This document shows, piece by piece, positions 1 to 9,121 of a stretch of DNA of 32,000 bases. Source of the DNA: Parasynechococcus marenigrum WH 8102 (GTDB lineage Bacteria; Cyanobacteriota; Cyanobacteriia; PCC-6307; Cyanobiaceae); assembly GCF_000195975.1 (NCBI RefSeq), contig NC_005070.1, forward strand, positions 900,001-932,000, given 5' to 3'. Position numbers and translations under genes: made by a program. Under the pieces are notes generated by a model. That model saw only the letters and a program-made list of their open reading frames with translations. It did no database searches and was not told the DNA's origin. How positions within the stretch are numbered: the stretch's first letter is position 1; the number at the start of each line of letters is the position of its first letter.

Positions 1-1
1 C

Positions 2-736
2 ACGGTCAGCAAGCTGATCGGCTCGCCTCCGGGCTATGTGGGCTTCAACGAAGGCGGTCAGCTCACCGAAGCGGTGCGACGCCGCCCCTACACCGTGGTG
101 CTGTTCGATGAAATCGAGAAAGCGCACCCTGATGTGTTCAACCTGCTACTGCAGCTACTTGAAGATGGCCGTCTGACCGATTCCAAGGGCCGCACGGTCG
201 ACTTCAAGAACACCCTGGTGATCATGACCTCGAACATCGGTTCGAAGGTTATTGAGAAGGGTGGCGGTGGCCTTGGTTTCGAGTTCTCTGGTGAGAGTGC
301 TGAGGAGTCTCAATACACCCGCATCCGCTCGCTCGTGAATGAGGAGCTGAAGCAGTACTTCCGCCCTGAATTCCTCAACCGGCTCGACGAGATCATCGTG
401 TTCCGTCAGCTCAGCCGCGATGAGGTGAAGGAGATCGCCGAAATCATGCTGAAGGAAGTCTTCGGCCGGATGGGCGAGAAAGGCATCACCCTCACCGTGT
501 CCGATGCGTTCAAGGAGCGGTTGGTGGAAGAGGGATACAACCCGGCCTATGGAGCTCGCCCCCTGCGTCGCGCTGTGATGCGGTTGCTGGAGGATTCCCT
601 GGCAGAGGAAGTGCTCTCCGGCCGGATCAAGGATGGTGACCATGCCGAGGTGGATGTCGACGACGACAAGAAAGTTGTCGTCCGCCACAAAGGTCTGGCT
701 GAGAGCTCTCCTCAATTGGCAGGTGCGGCTGTCTGA
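2..736 (+). CDS. clpC: ATP-dependent Clp protease ATP-binding subunit ClpC, C-terminal portion (5' end lies outside the window)
   Basis: The frame is open from base 2. The translation [51 protein letters not shown]... is the second AAA+ module of Clp/Hsp100 proteins (GYVG pore loop, sensor region). It is followed by the small D2 domain (GARPLRRAV). The stop is TGA at 734-736. Third codon positions are GC-rich, like the rest of the core region. Confidence 0.93.
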   Translation, partial: TVSKLIGSPPGYVGFNEGGQLTEAVRRRPYTVVLFDEIEKAHPDVFNLLLQLLEDGRLTDSKGRTVDFKNTLVIMTSNIGSKVIEKGGGGLGFEFSGESAEESQYTRIRSLVNEELKQYFRPEFLNRLDEIIVFRQLSRDEVKEIAEIMLKEVFGRMGEKGITLTVSDAFKERLVEEGYNPAYGARPLRRAVMRLLEDSLAEEVLSGRIKDGDHAEVDVDDDKKVVVRHKGLAESSPQLAGAAV

Positions 737-1836
737 TGGTTGTGTCCATCTCCTCCCACGCCATCGCCCCGGCGGTGGTGCTGCGGGGGGAGGGTGCCTG
801 GGCAGAGGCGCTGTCCAAGATCAGTGCCCTTTGTTCCCGCCCTCTCCTGTTGGGCCGCAGTCAGGCCACGGTGAGCCTGCGGTCAGCCCTTGTTTCGGAT
901 CTCGTTCACAGTTGTCTGACGCCGCAACCAGCTGAGCTCAGCTACGACTGTTGCGAGGAGGATCTACAGCGTCTGGCCGCTGAGGCAGCCGACTGTGATG
1001 CCGTTCTCGCCGCCGGTGGTGGGAAGGTTCTTGATGCTGGCAAGTTGCTCGCCCATCGCCTTCAGCTGCCCTGCATCACAGTGCCGTTGAGTGCTGCCAC
1101 CTGCGCGGGTTGGACAGCTCTCTCCAATCTTTATTCGATGCATGGAGCCTTTGAGGGCGATGTGGCCCTGACGCGCTGCCCTGAGCTGCTGGTGTTTGAC
1201 CATGGCCTGGTTCGCCAGGCTCCTGCTCGCACCCTGGCCAGCGGCATCGCCGATGCCCTGGCGAAGTGGTACGAAGCTTCGGTCAGCAGCGGCGACAGCA
1301 GCGATGGGCTGGTGCAGCAGGCGGTGCAGATGGCCCGTGTGCTGCGGGATCAATTGATGATTGATGGTCCCCTGGCCCTGCAGGATCCCCACAGTGCGGC
1401 CTGGGCCCGCACGGCCGAGGCCTGTGCACTTACTGCCGGTGTGATCGGCGGCTTGGGGGGTGCCCGCTGCAGAACCGTTGCAGCTCACGCCGTGCACAAC
1501 GGTCTCACCCAACTGCAGGCCTGCCAAGACGTGCTGCATGGCGAGAAGGTGGGCTTCGGGATCCTGGTGCAGCTCCGCCTGGAAGAACGTCTGGGTGGCA
1601 ACCGCCTGGCCGGCCAGGCCCACCGCCAGTTGCTTCCCCTGCTGCGGCAGTTGCAGCTTCCTGTGAGCCTGCAGGATCTTGGGCTGTCCAACGCCAGTCT
1701 TAGTGATCTTCAACAGGTCTGTGCCTTCGCCTGCCGTGAAGGATCAGACCTGCACAACCTTCCATTTGCGGTGACACCGGGGGCGTTGCTTGAGGCATTG
1801 GTGGGAGCCGCCGAACCCAGTCCCGTCGCGCCTTGA
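736..1836 (+). CDS. Iron-containing alcohol dehydrogenase / glycerol dehydrogenase-like oxidoreductase
   Basis: 366-aa ORF. It has the AAGGGKVLDAGK glycine-rich NAD-binding motif. The later HAVHNGLT and LHGEKVGFG metal-binding histidine motifs are typical of the GldA/Fe-ADH superfamily. The ATG at 736 overlaps the clpC stop (TGATG). Confidence 0.8.
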   Translation: MVVSISSHAIAPAVVLRGEGAWAEALSKISALCSRPLLLGRSQATVSLRSALVSDLVHSCLTPQPAELSYDCCEEDLQRLAAEAADCDAVLAAGGGKVLDAGKLLAHRLQLPCITVPLSAATCAGWTALSNLYSMHGAFEGDVALTRCPELLVFDHGLVRQAPARTLASGIADALAKWYEASVSSGDSSDGLVQQAVQMARVLRDQLMIDGPLALQDPHSAAWARTAEACALTAGVIGGLGGARCRTVAAHAVHNGLTQLQACQDVLHGEKVGFGILVQLRLEERLGGNRLAGQAHRQLLPLLRQLQLPVSLQDLGLSNASLSDLQQVCAFACREGSDLHNLPFAVTPGALLEALVGAAEPSPVAP

Positions 1837-2696
1837 AAAGCCTGCTCGATGGTTTGATCCCCGAGCTGCTGGACCCGCAGGCCAGGGACCTGGCGCTGCA
1901 GGTGCAGTGGTGGCCGTTGCAGAGTCTGGGCCTTGAAACTCCCTTCCCTGTGGCTGTGGTCGGTCAGGGGCCTCCGCTGCTGATGCTGCATGGTTTTGAC
2001 AGCAGCTTTCTGGAATTTCGGCGTCTGGCGCCATTGTTGGCCGATCGCTTTCAGCTGTTCATCCCCGATCTGTTCGGATTTGGCTTTTCGCCGCGTCCGC
2101 CGCAGGCGGCCTACGGCCCGGAGGCTGTCCTTCAGCACCTCGAGGCACTGGTGGCGCATCTCGATGCCGATGGGGCCATCGGTGTGATCGGAGCCTCGAT
2201 GGGTGGTGCGGTGGCGGTGGAGCTGGCCCAACGTCAGCCGGAGAGAATTCATCAGTTGCTGTTGTTAGCTCCAGCTGGGCTGACGGGCCGGCCCATGCCG
2301 GTCCCGCCCCTGCTTGATCGGCTTGGCGCCTGGTTTCTCGGTCGGCCTGGGGTGCGTCGCGGGCTTTGCCGCCAGGCCTTTGCTGATCCGGATGGGCAGG
2401 TGGGCCCGCCGGAGGAACAGATCGCATCGCTGCATCTGCAATGTCCAGGGTGGGCTGAGGCCCTGGCAGCGTTTGCCCGCAGCGGTGGCTTCGCCGGTTG
2501 TGGTGAGCCGTTGCCACCGCAGCCCCTGCACGTGATCTGGGGCGCTGATGATCGAATCCTGCGTGCACCGCTCAAGCAGGCGGCCGAAAGTTTGCTGCAG
2601 CACCCAGCCGAAACCTTTGAGGCCTGCGGTCATCTCCCCCACATCGATCAGCCGCAACGGGTTGCTGACCGCTGCCTGGAGCTGCTGGTTTCATGA
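1833..2696 (+). CDS. Alpha/beta-fold hydrolase
   Basis: 287-aa ORF with LLMLHGFDSS (oxyanion-hole HG motif) and the GASMGG nucleophile elbow (GxSxG). A C-terminal CGHLPHIDQP carries the catalytic His. The start is uncertain: the longest ORF begins at TTG 1833, overlapping the upstream stop by 4 nt. Confidence 0.8.
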   Translation: MKSLLDGLIPELLDPQARDLALQVQWWPLQSLGLETPFPVAVVGQGPPLLMLHGFDSSFLEFRRLAPLLADRFQLFIPDLFGFGFSPRPPQAAYGPEAVLQHLEALVAHLDADGAIGVIGASMGGAVAVELAQRQPERIHQLLLLAPAGLTGRPMPVPPLLDRLGAWFLGRPGVRRGLCRQAFADPDGQVGPPEEQIASLHLQCPGWAEALAAFARSGGFAGCGEPLPPQPLHVIWGADDRILRAPLKQAAESLLQHPAETFEACGHLPHIDQPQRVADRCLELLVS

Positions 2697-3316
2697 GCGA
2701 TCCACTGCTGCAGTTGATCTCCACCGGTCTGGGGCTCTGGATCCGCAGTCGCTGTGATCAGGTGGGGGATCTCGACCTCACCTTGCAAGGGTCATCTCTT
2801 GGGCTGATGCGGGGTCGGCTGCAGGGTGCGGTTTTGTCGGCACGGGATGTGCGCTTTGAGGGGTTGCCACTGCACCATGCCGAGATCAGCAGCGGACCGA
2901 TTCAGCTGGATCTCACCTGGTTGCGTCCAGGCCGGATGTTGGCTCTGAAGGATCCTTTCCAGGTGAAGGGCACGGTGTCGATGCCAGGTCAGCCGCTTGG
3001 CGATGCGTTGTTGTCTGAGCGTTGGCGTGAACTCGGCGATTGGATTGCTGAGCAACTGATGGGCCTGAAGCCCCTGGGCCAGCTGCGGATCGAGAACGAC
3101 GAACTGGAGTTGGTGGCATCAGTCGCCGCACAACGGGATCCGATCCGGAAGCGCTTCCGCCTGCGAGCCGAGGCGGGCACGGTTGTTCTGTCGGCTTCAG
3201 ATTCCCCGGAGACCCGAGCAGTGTTGCCCATGGATCCGGCGATCACCATCACCGATGCGACCCTGGGGGCCGGACTGCTGACCCTCCAGGGGCACGCAAT
3301 CGTAACGCCTGAGTGA
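2693..3316 (+). CDS. Conserved hypothetical protein, DUF2993 (LmeA-like)-type
   Basis: 207-aa ORF with ATGA start/stop overlap with the hydrolase gene and good GC3 bias. The N-terminal hydrophobic helix, and the pattern L.G.l.gv.l.a.dv.feGl.l....i....i.ldl, resemble DUF2993 proteins. The family assignment is from memory of the motif, not from a search. Confidence 0.7.
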   Translation: MSDPLLQLISTGLGLWIRSRCDQVGDLDLTLQGSSLGLMRGRLQGAVLSARDVRFEGLPLHHAEISSGPIQLDLTWLRPGRMLALKDPFQVKGTVSMPGQPLGDALLSERWRELGDWIAEQLMGLKPLGQLRIENDELELVASVAAQRDPIRKRFRLRAEAGTVVLSASDSPETRAVLPMDPAITITDATLGAGLLTLQGHAIVTPE

Positions 3317-3337
3317 CAATTTCTTCACTAAATCGTG

Positions 3338-4234
3338 CTAGCCGGTGCTGATCAGCGGCTTCGCCAGGGTCAGCAGCGCGTACAGCACGGCCGGGGTGAA
3401 CAGGTAGCTGTCAATGCGATCAAGGATTCCTCCATGGCCTGGCAGCACGTCACCGGAGTCCTTCAGTCCGGCATCGCGTTTCATCATCGATTCAGTCAGA
3501 TCTCCCACCAGGGCAATCAGGGCCACCAGTGCGCCGACGGCCACCCCTGGCAATCCACCGAGCGGCCATCCCATCACCCGCGCGCAGAGCAGGCCGACGG
3601 CCATGGCGCATCCGAATCCCCCGAGGGCACCCTCCACTGTTTTGGACGGCGAGATCGGGGACAAAGGCGTCCTGCCGTAGCGCTTGCCGAATGCCCATGA
3701 ACCGATGTCGCTCGCCACGATCATCAGGCAGGCCGAGAGGGTGATGGCCAGACCACTGCTGCACAGCCAGGCTGTTCCAGGAGCCAGGGCCGGATCGGAG
3801 AGGTTGCGCAGGGCCAGCCAGTGACTGGGCAGAAACCCCAAATAAAACAGTCCGAAGATTGAGGCGGCGATGTCAGCAATCGATCCGGTGAGCGGCTGCA
3901 GCAGCAACCAGGCACAGATGGCGGCACCGGCCAGGGGCAGCACCGCCCCCGACAGCGCCTCGGGCCAGCCGCTCTGAACCGCTGCCCACTGGGTGGTGAG
4001 CAGCAGCAACTGACAGGCCACGAGCGTTGTTTTGGTGGCCGGGCGGATTCCTTTGAACTGAGCCATGCGGAAGAACTCCAGCAGACCCAGATGCACGATC
4101 ACGCCGACGCCGAGGGTGAGCCACCAGCCCCCCAGCAGAACCACCACCGCGCCGAAGCCGCCGATGGCGATGCCGCTGCGCAGTCGCTTGCGCAGGCTGT
4201 TGGCGGCTCGCAATGACGGGTTGGAGGAAGACAA
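3338..4234 (-). CDS. cdsA: Phosphatidate cytidylyltransferase (CDP-diglyceride synthase)
   Basis: 298-aa polytopic membrane ORF. It has the CdsA signature SKTVEGALGG ... KRDAGLKDSGDVLPGHGGILDRIDSYLF. The longest ORF begins at TTG 4234 and there is no upstream ATG, so the exact start is uncertain. Confidence 0.92.
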   Translation of the reverse strand: MSSSNPSLRAANSLRKRLRSGIAIGGFGAVVVLLGGWWLTLGVGVIVHLGLLEFFRMAQFKGIRPATKTTLVACQLLLLTTQWAAVQSGWPEALSGAVLPLAGAAICAWLLLQPLTGSIADIAASIFGLFYLGFLPSHWLALRNLSDPALAPGTAWLCSSGLAITLSACLMIVASDIGSWAFGKRYGRTPLSPISPSKTVEGALGGFGCAMAVGLLCARVMGWPLGGLPGVAVGALVALIALVGDLTESMMKRDAGLKDSGDVLPGHGGILDRIDSYLFTPAVLYALLTLAKPLISTG

Positions 4235-4289
4235 GACCTCGCTGATCTCACTGGCTGGAGGACCTGCAGGTTCAGGCTAAACAATGGCC

Positions 4290-4727
4290 TCAGGGGAGAA
4301 TCTCCAGACGCACGGGGATTTCGCCGGCCCGCATCATCCGCAACTCACGCGCCGCGCCATGGGCCAGGTCGATCACCCGGTGATACCGGAACGGTCCTCG
4401 GTCATTGATCCGCACCACCACGCTGCGGTTGTTGTCGAGGTTGGTGACGCGCACCCGGGTCCCGAAGGGCAGTGTCCGGTGCGCTGCGGTGAAGGTGCCT
4501 TTGCGCAGTCGTTCACCACTGGCGGTCTGGCGGCCATAAAAGCCGGGGCCGTACCAGCTGGCAGCACCGTTCACCACCCGCAGCAGCCGAGGCGTCGCCC
4601 TTGGTTGTTGGGGGGGGGGCGGGGCCCACTCCTCGTGGTGAACGTCCTCAACAGCGAACTCCTCTGCGCTGGGGCTGCCCCAGGCCTGAGCAGGCGTCAG
4701 CAACAGGATCAGAGCCAGGGGAAGCAT
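4290..4727 (-). CDS. rlpA: RlpA-family septal-ring lytic transglycosylase-like lipoprotein (DPBB domain)
   Basis: DPBB motif: GRQTASGERLRKGTFTAAHRTLPFGTRVRVTNLDNNRSVVVRINDRGPF. ATG 4727 gives a clean signal peptide, MLPLALILLLTPAQAWG. The track's longer version starts at TTG 4754. A proline-rich linker (PPPPQQP) is encoded by a C10 run on this strand. Confidence 0.88.
   Translation of the reverse strand: MLPLALILLLTPAQAWGSPSAEEFAVEDVHHEEWAPPPPQQPRATPRLLRVVNGAASWYGPGFYGRQTASGERLRKGTFTAAHRTLPFGTRVRVTNLDNNRSVVVRINDRGPFRYHRVIDLAHGAARELRMMRAGEIPVRLEILP
4610..4619. repeat. G10 (C10 on the coding strand) homopolymer inside the rlpA-like CDS
   Basis: The sequence ttgGGGGGGGGGcggggccc is read directly from the window. 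On the minus strand it encodes part of the PPPPQQP linker between the signal peptide and the DPBB domain. Confidence 0.9.
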
Positions 4728-4750
4728 GCCAAGTCCGTGGCTGGACCGAT

Positions 4751-6157
4751 TCAAGCGATCTCGCTCAGCACGGCAAGGCGTGCTGGGATCTGATCACCCC
4801 AGAGCTGCCGTTGCTCCAGCAGCCAGTGCAGCCGTGCTCCATCCAGCCGTTCCCCTGGTACCAGCAGAGGAATGCCGGGGGGGTAAGGACAGAGCAGATC
4901 GGCAGCAATCGTTCCCTCCGCCTGCTCCAGAACGCAGAGGCGGCGGGGTGCCCGCCAGGCTTCAGCGAGAGGGACCTCCGGTTGCGCCACCAGTGGTAGT
5001 GGGGGTGGAAGCAGGGGCGGCTGAGGAGCGCGTGCGGGATGGGCGTTCAGCAGTTGCTGCCAGGCACGGCGCAAGCTCCGGCGCAGGCCTCGCTGGTCGG
5101 CAAGTCCCAGGCAGAAGGTGAGTGTTGCCGGTTCCGGCAGCTCCGCTACCAGCCCCCGTGGCAGAAGCCAGTCGTCGGCGTCCAGGCCGCTGATGCCGGC
5201 ACGGCCCGGGTGCAGCACCAGCCGCAGCGGGTCGTCGGTGGTCAGCAGCGGCAGGCCATCGCGGCGCAACTGGTCCCGCAGTGTTCGGGCCTGCATCAGT
5301 CGTTGGCGCAGTTGCCGGCGTCCAGCGCTGCTGCGCCAGTGGTGCAGCGCGGCTTCACAGGAGGCCAGGAGCAGTGCACTGGGGCTGGTGGTCTGCAGCC
5401 AGCCCAGGCTGCGCTGCAGCGCATCGGTGTCCACGCGCTCCCCCTGCTGCCAGAGCACGGCGGTCTGCGCCAGTCCCGTCGCCGATTTCTGCAGGGAATG
5501 CACCACCAGATCGGCCCCCCCCTGCAGCGCACTTGGGGGCAGCTCTGGATCCACGTCTGCAGCGAAATGACTGCCATGGGCCTCATCCACCAGCACGGGC
5601 CATCCCTGGTGCTGCAGGCTTCGGATCAACGGTGCAGGGTCAAGCCCATAGCCCTGATACGTGGGATGCACCAGCACTGCCGCGCTGATCGGTGGATGCT
5701 TTGCAGGAAGGGCCGCAAGAACGCTCTCGAGCCACGGTCCATCAGCGGGAGCGGGGTGGCCGCGGTCTGGCTGGTAGGGAAGATCGAACAACAGTGGCGT
5801 GAGCTGGCCAAGCAGGCAGGCCTGAATCAGGCTGCGGTGCGCATTGCGCGGCATCAACACCGCCTCCCCGGGGCGGCTGATGCCCAGCAGGGCCGCCTGC
5901 AGCAATCCTGTGGCTCCGTTGACGCCGTACCAACAGCGGTTGACCCCCATCGCATCCGCTGCAGCACGTTGGCTGTCGGCCACGGCGCCGTCGTTCTCCA
6001 GCGGACCCCCCAGCGCCGGCAGTTCCGGCAGGTCCCAGAGGCCGGCGGGTCGTTGCAGCAACCGCCGCATCGCCGGAGGGAGGGCTGAGCCCCGTCCATG
6101 GGCCGGCAGAAACAGCGGGCGACCGACGTCTCGATGCAGCAGTGGCAGCAGGGCCAT
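4751..6157 (-). CDS. Orn/Lys/Arg decarboxylase-family PLP-dependent enzyme
   Basis: Fold-type I decarboxylase features are present: FLPAHGRG near the N-terminus, VDEAHGSHF, and the SLQKSATGL PLP-lysine motif. I prefer ATG 6157 (MALLPLLHRD...) as the start. The track's 6256 start would overlap the divergent kinase gene and adds a low-complexity extension. Confidence 0.82.
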   Translation of the reverse strand: MALLPLLHRDVGRPLFLPAHGRGSALPPAMRRLLQRPAGLWDLPELPALGGPLENDGAVADSQRAAADAMGVNRCWYGVNGATGLLQAALLGISRPGEAVLMPRNAHRSLIQACLLGQLTPLLFDLPYQPDRGHPAPADGPWLESVLAALPAKHPPISAAVLVHPTYQGYGLDPAPLIRSLQHQGWPVLVDEAHGSHFAADVDPELPPSALQGGADLVVHSLQKSATGLAQTAVLWQQGERVDTDALQRSLGWLQTTSPSALLLASCEAALHHWRSSAGRRQLRQRLMQARTLRDQLRRDGLPLLTTDDPLRLVLHPGRAGISGLDADDWLLPRGLVAELPEPATLTFCLGLADQRGLRRSLRRAWQQLLNAHPARAPQPPLLPPPLPLVAQPEVPLAEAWRAPRRLCVLEQAEGTIAADLLCPYPPGIPLLVPGERLDGARLHWLLEQRQLWGDQIPARLAVLSEIA

Positions 6158-6207
6158 GGGATCCAGTGGGATCTCCTTAGAGTCTGGTGCTGTTTTGGGC
6201 GCTGGCG

Positions 6208-7857
6208 ATGCGATACGACCCCGGCCGCGATCTGCGCTGGTTGCTGCTGCGCCCATGGATCGCCATTCCCCGTCTGATCCACGTGTTGTGGTCCCTGGGG
6301 GGCCTCGTGTTGGTGGTGCTGCTGCAGGGGGGCAGTTCGGACTCAGCCGTGCAGCAACGGCTGGCCCGCCGCATCCTCAACACCCTCACCGGATTGGGGC
6401 CCTGCTTCATCAAGGTGGGGCAGGCCCTCTCCACCCGTCCAGATCTCGTCCGCCGGGATTGGCTTGAAGAGCTGACACGACTTCAGGACGACCTTCCCGC
6501 CTTCCCCCATGCCTTGGCACTGGAGCGCATTGAACAGGAGCTCGGCGCACCGGCCCATGAGCTGTTCGATGACTTCCCGGATGCTCCGATCGCGGCCGCC
6601 AGCCTTGGACAGGTCTACAAAGCCCGTCTGGAAGGAAATGCCTGGGTTGCCGTGAAGGTGCAGCGCCCCAATCTCACCTTCATCCTGCGCCGCGATCTGG
6701 TGCTGATCCGTCTGCTGGGTGTCATCACGGCTCCGCTGCTGCCGCTCAATCTCGGTTTCGGTCTCGGCGACATCATCGATGAGTTCGGTCGCAGCCTGTT
6801 TGAAGAGATCGACTACGTCCAGGAAGCGGACAACGCCGAACGGTTCGCCAGCCTCTTTGCTGACAACGACGCGGTTTACGTTCCGCGCGTGGAGCGGATG
6901 CTCAGCTCCACCCGGGTGCTCACCACCACCTGGATCGACGGCGCCAAGATGCGCGACAGCGACGAGCTGCAGGCGCTGCAACTCGACCCTGCCGCATTGA
7001 TTCGCACCGGGGTGATCTGCGGCCTGCAGCAACTGCTGGAGTTCGGTTACTTCCATGCCGACCCGCATCCCGGCAACCTCTTCGCCCTGCAGGGACGTAG
7101 CGGCGACCTGGGCCATGTCGGCTACGTCGACTTCGGCATGATGGATTCGATCAGCGACAGCGATCGGCTCACCCTCACCGGAGCCGTGGTGCATCTGATC
7201 AACCGCGACTTTGCCGGGTTGGCAAACGATTTTCAGTCGCTCGGCTTCCTCAGCCCCAGCGCAGATCTCACCCCGATCGTGCCGGCCCTGGAGGAGGTGC
7301 TCGGCGGCAGCCTCGGGGACTCCGTCGGCTCGTTCAACTTCAAGGCGATCACCGATCGCTTTTCAGAGCTGATGTTCGACTATCCCTTCCGGGTCCCGGC
7401 ACGGTTCGCTCTGATCATCCGGGCGGTGGTCAGTCAGGAGGGGCTGGCGCTGCGTCTGGATCCGAACTTCCGCATCATTGCTGTCGCCTATCCCTACGTG
7501 GCACGACGTCTGCTGGCAGGGGACACCCGTGAGATGCGCGACAAACTGCTGGATGTGATCTTCGATGCGGACGGGCGTCTGTCCCTTGATCGGCTGGAAA
7601 GCCTTCTTGCTGTAATCGGTCAGGACGCACCTGCACCTGGAAAAGAACTGCTGCCCGTTGCTGGTGCAGGCCTGCGCTTGTTGCTCAGTCGCGATGGTGC
7701 CGATCTACGCAAACGACTGCTGCTCACCCTGATCCGCGATAACCGGTTGCACACCGACGACGTGCGGGCGCTGATGGGACTGATGGCCCGTACCTTCGGT
7801 CCAGCCCGGATTGCCGGTGGCCTGTTGCAACGCCTCAATCCTCTGGCGGCTGCTTGA
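6208..7857 (+). CDS. ABC1/UbiB (AarF) family atypical protein kinase
   Basis: Motifs present are LGPCFIKVGQALSTRPDLV, AAASLGQVYKARL..VAVKVQRP and FHADPHPGNL. The start is taken as ATG 6208 (MRYDPGRD...). The track uses GTG 6187. Confidence 0.92.
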   Translation: MRYDPGRDLRWLLLRPWIAIPRLIHVLWSLGGLVLVVLLQGGSSDSAVQQRLARRILNTLTGLGPCFIKVGQALSTRPDLVRRDWLEELTRLQDDLPAFPHALALERIEQELGAPAHELFDDFPDAPIAAASLGQVYKARLEGNAWVAVKVQRPNLTFILRRDLVLIRLLGVITAPLLPLNLGFGLGDIIDEFGRSLFEEIDYVQEADNAERFASLFADNDAVYVPRVERMLSSTRVLTTTWIDGAKMRDSDELQALQLDPAALIRTGVICGLQQLLEFGYFHADPHPGNLFALQGRSGDLGHVGYVDFGMMDSISDSDRLTLTGAVVHLINRDFAGLANDFQSLGFLSPSADLTPIVPALEEVLGGSLGDSVGSFNFKAITDRFSELMFDYPFRVPARFALIIRAVVSQEGLALRLDPNFRIIAVAYPYVARRLLAGDTREMRDKLLDVIFDADGRLSLDRLESLLAVIGQDAPAPGKELLPVAGAGLRLLLSRDGADLRKRLLLTLIRDNRLHTDDVRALMGLMARTFGPARIAGGLLQRLNPLAAA

Positions 7858-7902
7858 TCAGTTGCCGCTAGGGTCGCGCCTTCCTAGCCATCTGAGGCAT
7901 CG

Positions 7903-8322
7903 ATGCCCGAGGAGATCACCGCTGAACAGCTCGAGATGCTGTTGCAGATGGCCGTGTTGCCCCAGCCTCCATACCTGATGGCTGGAGTGGGTCTGTTGAT
8001 GGGTGTGCTTTGCGGGCTGACCTTTGGCCGTCAGGTGCAGGACAAGCTCGATGGCTGGAAGCAGGATCGTCTTCCGCTTCTGCCCCTGGCCACAGCGGAG
8101 ATCAGCCTCAGCTTCACCGGCATCCTGATCGGGATCACCCTGTTCATCGGATGCTGCCTGCAGATCTTTGGCTTCGCCGCCGGTGCGGCGCTCCTGGTGG
8201 CCCTGCTGCTGTCGTTGCTCACCGGTGGTGCTCTCTTCGCTCAGCTGGAGCGATTGATGATGCAAGTGGAGAGCGGCAACTTCAAGGCCGTTGACTTCGA
8301 CAACTTCGACGAGTTCTTCTGA
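7903..8322 (+). CDS. Small conserved membrane protein (three predicted TM helices), function unknown
   Basis: 139-aa ORF with strong host-like GC3 codon bias. It has three hydrophobic segments and an acidic tail, DFDNFDEFF. The competing 399-aa minus-strand ORF (7858-9057) has no recognisable motif and overlaps two well-supported plus-strand genes. Confidence 0.7.
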   Translation: MPEEITAEQLEMLLQMAVLPQPPYLMAGVGLLMGVLCGLTFGRQVQDKLDGWKQDRLPLLPLATAEISLSFTGILIGITLFIGCCLQIFGFAAGAALLVALLLSLLTGGALFAQLERLMMQVESGNFKAVDFDNFDEFF

Positions 8323-8406
8323 CCCGACGTTCTTGGTGAATGACTCGACCAAGGCCGTCTGGATTGTCAGACTGCCGATGTCTTGACACCAACAGGCGTG
8401 ATCGCC

Positions 8407-9114
8407 ATGCCCGCCGCTGTGGCCACCAGCAGACTTCTCGTGGTCGAGGACGATGACAGCATCCGTGAAACGGTTGGTGAGGTTCTTCGTGCGGAGGGAT
8501 ATGACGTTCTCACCTGTGGTGACGGGGCTGAAGCTCTGAATCTGTTCACGAGTGAGCCCGCTCAGCAGGTGGACCTGCTGGTGCTCGACCTGATGCTGCC
8601 CGGCCTGGGGGGGTTGGATCTTTGCCGTGAGCTGCGGCGCATAAACAACAACACCCCGATTCTGGTGATCAGCGCCCGGGACAGTGAAACCGACCGCGTG
8701 CTTGGTCTTGAAGTGGGGGCTGACGACTATCTGGTGAAGCCATTTGGCCTCAGAGAGCTGGTGGCCCGTTGCCGGGCCCTGCTGCGTCGGGCTCAGCAGG
8801 ACCCCTCGGTTCTTCCCGAGATCTACAGCCACGCCAACCTTTGCCTGTACGTCAACGAGTGCCGCGTCACCCGTGATGGGAACGACCTCAATCTCTCCCC
8901 CAAGGAGTACAAGATCCTCGAGCTCTTCCTTCAGCACCCGAAACGGGTCTGGAGTCGTGATCAATTGCTGGAGAAGATCTGGGGAATCGATTTCGTCGGC
9001 GACACGAAAACCGTGGATGTTCACATCCGCTGGCTGCGGGAGAAGATCGAGGAGCAACCCTCTTCACCTGAATTGATCCGCACGGTGCGGGGCTTCGGCT
9101 ACCGGTTCGGCTGA
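8407..9114 (+). CDS. phoB: OmpR/PhoB-family two-component response regulator (probably PhoB/SphR)
   Basis: Receiver domain: LLVVEDDDSIRE...DLLVLDLMLPGLGGLDL...DDYLVKPF. Winged-helix output domain: LSPKEYKILELF...VWSRDQLLEKIWG...TVDVHIRWLREKIE...IRTVRGFGYRF. The class call is firm. The phoB name rests on adjacency to a PhoR-like kinase. It also rests on my recollection that phoB-phoR lie a few genes upstream of swmB in Synechococcus WH8102. ATG 8407 is preferred over TTG 8383. Confidence 0.85.
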   Translation: MPAAVATSRLLVVEDDDSIRETVGEVLRAEGYDVLTCGDGAEALNLFTSEPAQQVDLLVLDLMLPGLGGLDLCRELRRINNNTPILVISARDSETDRVLGLEVGADDYLVKPFGLRELVARCRALLRRAQQDPSVLPEIYSHANLCLYVNECRVTRDGNDLNLSPKEYKILELFLQHPKRVWSRDQLLEKIWGIDFVGDTKTVDVHIRWLREKIEEQPSSPELIRTVRGFGYRFG

Positions 9115-9121
9115 GCAGCAG

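Noticed and set aside
5515-5522. A C8 homopolymer inside the decarboxylase gene and a G7 run near 4875.
   Set aside because: These are shorter tracts encoding Gly-Gly or Pro codons. Runs of this length are common in GC-rich coding DNA and not notable on their own.
7858-9057. A 399-aa minus-strand ORF, the longest ORF in that interval.
   Set aside because: It lies antisense to two well-supported plus-strand genes: the membrane protein at 7903-8322 and the response regulator at 8407-9114. It has no recognisable motifs. It is the kind of long shadow ORF expected in GC-rich DNA.
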